A stretch of DNA of 64,000 bases, from NCBI GenBank assembly GCA_964016885.1, contig OZ024748.1, forward strand, positions 32,612,001 to 32,676,000. Reading direction: 5' to 3'. A program made the translations under genes and the position numbers. Under the pieces are notes generated by a model. The model was not told the DNA's origin. It did not search any database and saw only the letters and a program-made list of their open reading frames with translations. This document shows positions 54,402-64,000 of this stretch, one piece after another. Each line of letters begins with the position of its first letter. Within the stretch, counting starts at the first letter, position 1. This DNA comes from Eledone cirrhosa (lineage: Eukaryota).

Positions 54402-55081
54402 CTTAATAAATGAGGATTGTTCACCACGGAGTGTAGAAAAGTACACAATATCTGCTGTATTAACAATACAAATAAAACGTACTTTATATTTCAAGTCCAA
54501 GTGTAAAGTCAAGAAAGACCAGGAAAGCTAATTGTTCTGTAAAATATGGAACAACCAGTTCACGATGTAACATAGTTTCTCATGAAATGAAATATTTAAT
54601 CATGTAGGTGATGGAACACCTACCCTGGAACATGTAATTCACTCTACAAAATATTAACTTTCACCCTAACATGAGATAATTGCTACACAGATTATTAAAG
54701 TTATAATTAAGATAGCAGGTACGTGGTGTCGTTGACAATGTTTCCTTCTCCTGAGTAAAAGCGGTGTCGTACGTTAAAAGTCCCTGACATAATTTAATAC
54801 CTTCAGAAACACCTTCCGTTATAATTCACTCCATCATGGTAAAACAAACAATATCACCCAGTAAAATAATTATTACGCATCAATGAGGTAGTCTCTTAGC
54901 TTGTTCGCCCTGATAGAAATAGCAGCCAAATAACACTCAACTGTTTTGCATTACCTGGGGTGATAGAGGGATGCTCAATAACATACTACATCAGAAATGT
55001 TGGTGTTGTCAAATAGAGGCCAAACAAAAGCCTGAAAGTTCTGACATAGATTTAAAATTAATTCAAAAACATTAGTAATCA

Positions 55082-55535
55082 GAAGAAGGGAGGAAGGTGT
55101 AAGAGCCAAACTTGCTGTCTACAATTCGGTATTCATGCTAGCCCTTACTTAGTGTCATGAAATTTGGGTAATGACCAAAAGAATATGATCGTGAATACAA
55201 GTGACTGAAATGGGCTAACTCTGAGTAATATTACTCGATAACATGCATATCTCAGAGATCTGAGATTCACTCCAGGTAGAGCCGCTATCTCTCCGAATTA
55301 AGAGATCATAGCTCCAATACTATGGACATGTGGTTAGAATGTCTCAGTAAAGAGTCGCCAGACAGATTTTATGGACAAAACCAAACGGCAAGAGACCCAG
55401 GGGTAGCCTCTGAGGAAGATGGTTGGATGACATCTATAAGCTTTGGCTTATCCCATTTGGGGATCCAGGCAGATCAGCTGGAGGGAGTGTTTGAGGACTC
55501 CATAACCCTCTCAGAATAAGTGGACAAAGAAGAGG
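55082..55535 (+). mobile_element. RTE LINE 3' fragment
   Basis: HEIWVMTKR, YYGHVVRM and GKRPRG remnants; same family as 51430-52330. Confidence 0.7.
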
Positions 55536-55699
55536 TAGAAGAATAGATCAGAGAGAGATTTTAATTTCAAATGGAAATATATTTATAAAAATGGCCAGCA
55601 ATGTTTGGAGTCTATCAAACTGCCAAGTATTCACAGTTGATATTGGAGGAAAATACGTTTAGATTTGTAAGAGGAAGGATGTCTCATGTTTCACAGTTA

Positions 55700-56172
55700 A
55701 AAAGTTTCCTTCCAGTGTTTGTCTAAGTAACTGTTAGAGAAAAGAGATTTCCCACATATTTCACAATGTAAGGGTTTCTCTCCAGTGTGTGTTATTTTGT
55801 GTTCAATCAAATCAGTTACTGCCAAAATATTTCCCACACATTTCACAGTGACAGGATTTTCTCCTATGTGACTACATAAGTGCCTAACAAGTTTAGTTTT
55901 CTCAGTGAAATATTTCCCACATATTTCACAGTGACAGGGTTTGTCTTTAATACGTATGTGTTTGTGTGTAGATAATTCATCTTCTGATAAGAAAGTTTTC
56001 CTACAAATCTCACAGCTATATTCAGGAATATTTCTGTATAATTATCCTTGTTCGGTACATGTTTCATTAGGTAAATGTTTCTCACCACTGTATCTCTGTG
56101 TAACTGTATCTATATTGGTAGAAACAGGTGTGGTAGAAATGTCCAAGTGTTTAACGTTCTTTAAAATTTCAG
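55700..56172 (-). pseudogene. C2H2-ZNF paralog 5, degraded, start Met lost
   Basis: NVKHLDISTTPVSTNID...EQG* with a premature stop, followed by ~4 partial fingers. Confidence 0.8.
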
Positions 56173-56242
56173 AATATAGATATGACTGTAAGACTGATGT
56201 TGGGGTGAGAAAATAGGTGTGTGTATATATATATATATATAT

Positions 56243-56333
56243 AATAATTGTTTCTACTTTAGGCACAAGGCCAGCAATTACCCAGTACATTACTGCTACT
56301 TTATTTTATCGACCCCGTAAGGATGAAAGGCAA
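56243..56333 (-). mobile_element. SINE family A 3' fragment
   Basis: aattgtttctactttaggcacaagg...ggatgaaaggcaaa. Confidence 0.8.
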
Positions 56334-56560
56334 ATAATAATAATAAATGTGAACACTAAAATCCAAAGAGGGCTTGATAAGGATAAATATATAAGCACCC
56401 TAGGGCAAATATTTAGTAAATAACAGATTAAAGTTTAAGCAAAGAATCGCTACTTTCACCCTTAACGGGATCTTCTGAAACTCAAGATCCCGTTAAGGGT
56501 GAAAGCGGCGATTCTTTGCTTAAACTTTAATCTGTTATTTAATAAATATATATTTGTTTT
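56334..56560. repeat. Fold-back repeat; family also at 58708-58870 and 59604-59712
   Basis: aaataacagattaaagtttaagcaaagaatcgc..tttcacccttaacgggatctt mirrored at ~56483-56545. Confidence 0.8.
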
Positions 56561-56724
56561 GCAAGGTGTTTATATTTATATCTGTATTTTTAACCGTTGG
56601 TCAATCAATGATAAACATTGATTGCCAGATAAATTAACTATAGGGATTTAAAAGATACAGAAGCGAAAACCAAACAGTGAGTGTGTTCTATTATTATTTC
56701 TGGCAATATTATAACAATATGACC

Positions 56725-58362
56725 CTCTCCAAATATAACAATGTTTTTACGTGACAACTTACTGCAGGCTACTGAAGAAACTTGTGGCTGGAGCAGAGCT
56801 CCAATCAGACAGAGAGTGACCTGGTGGTGGAACAACATGGTAGATAGGGCCATTAGAGACAAAAGACTAGCATGGAACGCTTGGAAAAATGGTGGGAGTA
56901 GAGAAGGATATACAGCCGCTAAAGGAGAAGCTAGATGTCAGGTGTATTTAGCATGCACGGAGTCTGAGAGTAGGAGGTTTGCCAATGTTCTGTAACAGGA
57001 AGATCAGAGATGTGCAGTGTTCCACATTACAAGGCAGTGTGTCAATGTAAATCAGAATGTTGTTGGAGATAAATGTGTCCGGAATGATGCCGGTTTCATG
57101 AATGATCAGAAAAAGGAAGCCTGGAAATGTCATTATGAGAGACTGATGAATGTGGAGAACGAATGGGAGAGAGAGAAATTACCCTCAATAGATCCGACAG
57201 AGGGACCAGCTATTGACGAATATAGGGTCCAAGAGGCAATTAAGAAGATGAAAAGTGGTAAGGCCGCTGGACCGTTGGAGATAGTTGCTGAGATGCTGAA
57301 GGCATCAGCAGAAGTAGGAACTAAACTAGTTGCATGCATCGCCAATCAAGTTATATATAACAGAGTCATACCAAAAGACTGGTGCAGCAGTATTCTCATA
57401 AATTGCTACAAAGTTAAAGGGGATGCTCTGGAGAGGAGCAATTATAGGGGCATAAAATTAATGGATCAGTTTATGAAAGTGGCAGAAAGAATATTAGCGC
57501 AACTAATTAGAGAAAGGGTCAAATTAGATGAGATGCAGTTTGGTTTTGTGCCTGGGAAAAGTACAACATATGTCCACTTCTTAGTGAGACAACAAGAGAG
57601 GTTCTTAGAATAAGCCACTATACTTAGCTTTTGTTGACTTTGAGAAGGCCTTTGATAGGGTACACCGATCTATCATCTGGTGGTCCCTAAGGAAACTAGG
57701 AGTAGAAGAATGGCTTGTGAGGACAGTGCAAGCTATGTATACAGGTGCTGTCAGTAAAGTGAGAGTAGGAATGGTGTTTAGTGAGGAATGCTAGATATAA
57801 GTAGAAGTATATCAGGGTTCAGTCTTCAGCCCACTCTTGTTCATTATAGTCCTCCAAGCCATAACAGCCCATTGAAACTTCTCTATGCTGATGATCTGGT
57901 TCTTATAGCAGAATCAGTAGAGGAGCTAGAGAATAAATTCTGGCTATGAAACAGCAGTTGGAATCAAGAGAATGAGGGTGAACCTAGTTAAGTCAAAAGT
58001 GGTGACGAGAAGAAAATAGGACAAAATTCTGATTCCGTCAGGGAAATGGCCATGTTTGATATGCAGAAAAGGAACTGGCATAAATTTTATAAAATACACA
58101 CAATGCAGATCCTGGGTACACAAGAGATATAGTGGGATAGCAGGCAAACTAACAGGTAGGGAGAAATGCAGTAGATGTACAGGGAAATTTGACAGAAGTT
58201 GCATTGATAGACACATTTTTCAAATGCAGGTGGACCTCAGATCGCTGAAGCTCGCGGTGGAGATGACGAAGGACCGTGACAAGTGGAGAGATTCTGCTGA
58301 ATAGGACCCGTCCCACCCTTCCAAGCAGGCAAAAGCGGACATAAAATGATATTGATGTTGAT
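56725..58362 (+). mobile_element. RTE LINE, RT region to 3' tail, degraded
   Basis: ORFs 56741-56995 and 57017-57613 (KSGKAAGP, NYRGIKL, QFGFVPGKST), then AFVDFEKAFDRV, QGSVFSPLLF, LLYADDL and the tail. Confidence 0.9.
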
Positions 58363-58661
58363 ACATATATATATGTATGTATGTGTGTATATATATATGT
58401 ATGTGTATATATATATATATATGTATATGTATATGTATTTATATATGTATATATATATGTATATATATATATATGTATATGTATATATATATATGTATAT
58501 ATATATGTATATTTATATATATATGTATATATATATGTATATTTATATATATATGTATATGGATATGGATATATATGTATATGTATGTATATGTATGTAT
58601 ATGTATATATATATACATATATATATATACATATATGTATATGTATATATACATATGTATG

Positions 58662-58712
<51 letters not shown>

Positions 58713-60280
58713 ATAATAATAAAATTGAAGACTAAAATCCAAAGAGGGCTCGATAAGGAAAATATATATCAAATATATAAGAACCGTAGAGCAAATATTT
58801 ATTAAAATAACAGATTAAAGTTTAAGCAAAGAATCGCTGCTTTCACCTTTAACGGGATCTTCTGAAACTAACAAAGTCAATCTGTAAACGCAGAACTGGA
58901 TATTTCAAAAAACGTTGCAACCGGAGGAAGACAGCAAGACGATACTTTGGTTCGTGGTAAAGTTCGCTGGCAAAGAACGGGAAAAAACGAATAATACGTC
59001 ATTAATAGGAGCGGTGAAAAACCATTACGCGCAAAGACAGAACCACGTTTATGGTATAAAAGAGGTCGTAGACTAATGTTCTCTTAGGTGGTGCATAGAG
59101 ACGTTCTCTGGCAATGAACGAAAAAACGAAGATAATAAGTCATATGTGGAGCGTGGAGAACAATAGCACGCAAAGACAAAACCACGTAAATGGTATAGCA
59201 GAAGTTGTAGACTAAAATTCTAACTAGGAGACTCGCCTTGCGAAACCTACAGTCAGTAGGTTCCTTCTAACTAAAAATAAACTCCCATCCCACTACCCCT
59301 ACCCCTACCCACACCACCCCTTTCTCTGTAAAGTTATATTGGTGCCACAACATCCAGTCCTAAATAAATGAGATCGTGTAGGTGTCACGACAAAAAAAAC
59401 GCACACAGTCCACGCTGTAATGCGGCCGTGTAGGTAACACGGTAAAAACCTCCCAGTCCACACTGTAAATGTGGTTGGTGTTAGGAAGAGCATCCAGCTG
59501 TAGAAAACCCGAGCGAGACAACCAATCTTGACTCACATGGGACAATTCCCGTCTAAACCCATGCTAGCATGGAAGACAGACGTTAAACGATGATGATGAT
59601 ATATAGCCCTCTTTGGATTTTAGTCTTCAAATTTATTATTATTACTATATATATACATATATATTAATTAAAATAACAGATTAAAGTTTAAGCAAAGAAT
59701 CGCTGCTTTCATATTTATTATTATTACTTTATACATATATATGTATATGTGTGTCTGCATGTGATCACTGTAGGTGTATAAGTGCCCATATGTACCACAC
59801 TTGAGCGAAAAAGATGGACATGGGTGCGGGCGACTACAGTTTGAGAAGGCTGCGACAGGTCGCCAGCGGTTCATTCATACAGCCCCTTATCTCCTACAGT
59901 AGTAATTCCGATTTAAGAAACAACTTTGATTGACAGGCGACAAATGAAAGCAACCAAATATACGACGGCCATGAGTGGCCAAAAATACCGATGACGTGTA
60001 CAATTCTTGACCACTCATCGGATGACAATAACAGGGTCTAAGCTGCCGAGTGAAGGCCACGGGTGTAACTGGACATTTGGAAAATCGAGACGTATCTGAG
60101 GACCTTGCGATTTCAGAGTCAGGTTCGATCATTACATCGACCGTGCCTCAAGCTGGTCACCAGAGAAACGATTGTAATGTCTAATAAATTTTATTCGCCG
60201 CAACATTGATTCTCTGTTTCTTATGTGATATATATATAAAAATTAAATTAAATTAAGGGTGTCATGTCTGAGAGACATGC

Positions 60281-60354
<74 letters not shown>

Positions 60355-60856
60355 ATAAGAAATGGAGAATCAGTGTTGCGACGAATAAAAGATGGTAATG
60401 CAACGAAAAGTGAGGAAGAAGGAATCAAGTCCCTGAAATCGATGAACATAAGTTCTGTGAAATCGTGTTCGAGAGAGAATAAAGACCAGCAAACCTAGTC
60501 GAAATGTGAGTAAGGAAGAAATTTCGCACAGGTCAAACGGGAGGAAGAAGGAGTCAAGTCCCTGAAATCGATGACGAGAGAGAAAAATGACCATCCGACC
60601 TGGTCAAAGTGTGAGTGAGGAAAGAATCTCGCACAGGTCAAACGGGAGGAAGTAGGAGAGGGAGTAGCAGAGAGTGAGTGAGTGAAAGTGTAAGGAAGAA
60701 GCTAACAGAGAAAGTGACTGGTAGAAGGGGGTAAAAGGAAGTGAGAGATACAGAGAAAAGGGAAGCAGTAAGAAAGAAACAGACGGGTCACAGCGGAGGA
60801 AAATATATATAAAAATTATGAAAACATGGCGTGCTGCGTGGTTGCAAATGGGTTAC

Positions 60857-61420
60857 ATATGAATAAATTTAGTCCTTCATCAGTGATCTTCCAGCCTTCA
60901 TTGGTATTTCATCGCTTTAAAGACCATACACCTCTGGTTGGTGCGAGCGACGGCTAAAGAAAGTCGTTGGGACACGTAAATAGGGGGAACGAACGAGACA
61001 GTAAACAAACAAAGATGGTAATGCAACGAAAAGTGAGGAAGTGGGAGTCAAGTCCCTGAAATCGATGAACATATGTTCTGTGAAATCGTGGACGAGAGAG
61101 AATAAAGACCATCAAACCTGGTCGAAATGTGAGTCTTTCCTTACTCACATTTCGACCACGTTTCATGGTCTTTATTCTCTCTCGTCCACGATTTCTCAGA
61201 ACTTATATTCATCGATTTCAGGGACTTGACTTCTTCTTCGTTACCTTTCGTTGCATTACCCTCTTTGTTTGTTTACTGTCTCGTTCGTTCCCCCTATTTA
61301 CGTGTCCCAACGACTTTCTTTAGCCGTCGCTCGCACCAACCAGAGGTGTATGGTCTTTAAAGCGATGAAATACCAATGAAGGCTGGAAGATTACTGATGA
61401 AGGATTAAATTTATTCATAT
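60857..61420. repeat. Palindrome with 278-bp arms and 8-nt loop; partial direct copies at ~60385-60655
   Basis: 60857-61134 is a near-exact reverse complement of 61143-61420. Confidence 0.9.
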
Positions 61421-61461
61421 ATATATATATATATATGTGTGTGTGTACATATATATATATG

Positions 61462-61524
<63 letters not shown>

Positions 61525-61633
61525 GTATATATATATATGTATATATATATGTATATATATATATATGTATATATATATATGTATATATATATGTATATAT
61601 ATGTATATATATGTATATATATATGTATATATA

Positions 61634-62155
61634 TAAAACATGTCTATAGAATCACAAGATAAAATATAAACTATTTCCTCGCCCAATTAGCATAATTAAC
61701 TATATAAAAAATCGAATAGACCAGGCTATACGAATGAGGCTTCTATAAAGGAATCTCCGACAAATAACCGAAAGTGGCGCTTAGCGGAATAATTATCGAA
61801 TATTTCGACAGCGTAATCGCCTAGATATAGTCAACTAAACAGAATTAGGTTTAAAATAAACTAGGAGAAAATAGAATACATTTAAATACCTCTACCATGG
61901 TTTCGTCCGTGTTTTGAGTTTCCCAATAATTATGTAATAATTATATAAACTCGAGCGCCGAAATTATATAAACTCGAGCGTCGAAATATTCGATAAATAT
62001 TCCGCTAAGCGCCACTTTCGGTTATTTGTCGGAGATTCCTTCATAGAAGCCTCATTCGTATAGCCTGGTCTATTCAATTTTTTATATAGTTAATTATGCT
62101 AATTGGGCGAGGAAATAGGTTATATTTTATCTTGTGATTCTATAGACATGTTTTA
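61634..62155. repeat. Inverted repeat, ~176-bp arms, ~170-bp spacer
   Basis: 61634-61809 vs 61980-62155. Confidence 0.88.
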
Positions 62156-62261
62156 TGATATATAGCTCTGATTGTTTAATTTATTAATTTTTCATTGAGT
62201 CACAAAGTGACCAGTTGCAAAACACGTATATATATGTGTATGTATTTATATATGTAAACTT

Positions 62262-62334
<73 letters not shown>

Positions 62335-62505
62335 CATATATATACATATATATGTCTAAAGTCACCCTCCTCACCAAGAAACCTTGGTGGGGTTGCCAGT
62401 TTAGTCGCCAACGACCCGACAATGGTTGTACTGGGATACATGTTACCAGTTACATATATATATATACACATACATACATATATATATGTATACATACATA
62501 TATAT

Positions 62506-63706
62506 AAAAACTTATAATGAAACAATTGTTTGGAAAGAGAGATATATTTTAACTTTAATTATATCTAATAAAATAATACAACTGGCTTTCCACAAAATAC
62601 ATATAGTTAGCACCCCAAACACTTAAATTGGGTTATACTAACATATAACCTAATGTTTGTTGAGGGAGATGGTTACCAGTCAGAGTTTAGCTTTAAGCTA
62701 TCTTTGTTATTGTATTAAATATTTTACTCTTGATTGGCCAGAGGTATTTTTTCCAGGTACCTTATAAATATGACTTTCCGTATTTATTACTGTTATGTGA
62801 TATGGTGGTTTTTTGGTTGTCACTTCTCTGTTTTTAGCCTAAGAAAATATATATATGCCTGTGTAAATAATTACATGCATACATTTATTTTTTTTAATTA
62901 ATTGAGTTCTTAACACGTGGAATTGATATTAGTTTTGAAATAACTAATTAACCCGCGTGTGTTTAATATTTTACTCTTAATTCGGCCAGAGATTTACATT
63001 CCCAATAGCCCTTTAAAGCGTAACTTTCCGTATTTACTACTGTTATGAGATGCGGTTTGTTATTCAGGTACAACTTCTGTTTTTAGCCTAAGAAAATATC
63101 TATATGCGTGTGTAATTAATACACGCATACATTTATTTTTTAAATTTCAATTGAGTTCTTAACACGTTGGATTGATAAAGTTTTTGAAAAAACTAATTAA
63201 CCCGCGTGTATATTATTTTTTCTTTTCTCGTGAATCGTGGTTGTCTCCCTTTCCCGCTTCGTGACGCTATAATACTTCCTCAGTCAAAAACTGCTGGAAT
63301 TTCAAATTTGGCGGTCATTCGATGCGTGAAGGAGCAGCTTAGCAGACACGATTTTTAACTGCGGTAAGAATTTTTTCTTATATCAAAGTTTAATGGGCTT
63401 CCACTGAAGATTTATAAGTGCCCACCTAAATATATTCTTACATAAATATATGTTAGGCTTCTACATAAACTGGAAACATTCTCCCAATTTGTAGAAAACT
63501 TATAATGAAACAATTGTTTGGAAAGAGAGATATATTTTAACTTTAATTATATCTCATAAAATAATACAACTGACTTTCCACAAAATACATATAGTTAGCA
63601 CCCCAAACACTTAAATTGGGTTATACTAACATATAACCTAATGTTTGTTGAGTGAGATGGTTACCAGTCAGAGTTTAGCTTTAAGCTATCTTTGTTATTG
63701 TATTAA

Positions 63707-63710
<4 letters not shown>
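62506..63710. repeat. Nested direct duplications: 62506-62720 = 63496-63709; ~62718-62962 similar to ~62965-63210
   Basis: aaaacttataatgaaacaattgtttgg...ttgtattaaata occurs twice; aatattttactctt...aactaattaacccgcgtgt occurs in tandem. Confidence 0.82.
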
Positions 63711-63738
<28 letters not shown>

Positions 63739-64000
63739 GGCGGCGATGAATTAGTTTTGCGAGGTTTTTTATATGAAATCGTGTGTCGAAACAATTACAA
63801 ATAAAATAAAATAAATAAATAAATAAATACATACACAAACACAATAACAACAAGCACATAAACACACAATAGTCACCCATCACACAGCAAACAAAACACT
63901 ATACACACACGCAAACGCACGCACAAAGAAGACAAAATAAAATAAACAAACAAGCAAATAAATAAATATATATATAGACAGACTGAATAAAAATGGCGTA

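Noticed and set aside
56445-56482. Hammerhead-like CAGAAGA-TCCC..GGGT-GAAA on the minus strand (also ~58835-58868)
   Set aside because: U4 is replaced, and there is no clear stem III, cleavage triplet or stem I.

Overview
Repeat-rich animal genomic DNA with no prokaryotic features. A coleoid cephalopod such as Octopus is inferred from the C2H2 zinc-finger cluster, the dense (TA)n/(CA)n tracts and the tRNA-SINE/RTE content. The backbone is a duplicated C2H2-ZNF cluster: five paralogous units share an 'MEDVKHLDIST...YSCEICRKTFSSEDELSTHK' N-terminus, and only one (32939-33832, 9 fingers) has an intact ORF. Three Ty3/Gypsy LTR retrotransposons lie on the minus strand: a young CsRn1-like element, a Mag-like element inserted in a ZNF exon, and an old degraded one. 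Also present are a solo LTR, an IR/DR-type Tc1 transposon, a Penelope GIY-YIG remnant inside a long inverted repeat, CR1-like and RTE LINE fragments, many tRNA-derived SINEs and several minisatellites. The main points of interest are: (1) a perfect 345-bp palindrome carrying two oppositely oriented minimal hammerhead ribozyme motifs; (2) the Mag-like element has no tRNA primer-binding site but has a 12-nt complement to its own LTR, so it may self-prime; (3) two minisatellites arose from the coding sequence of one RTE copy; (4) fold-back repeats recur through the window. Coordinates were counted by eye; ends of degraded repeats are approximate.
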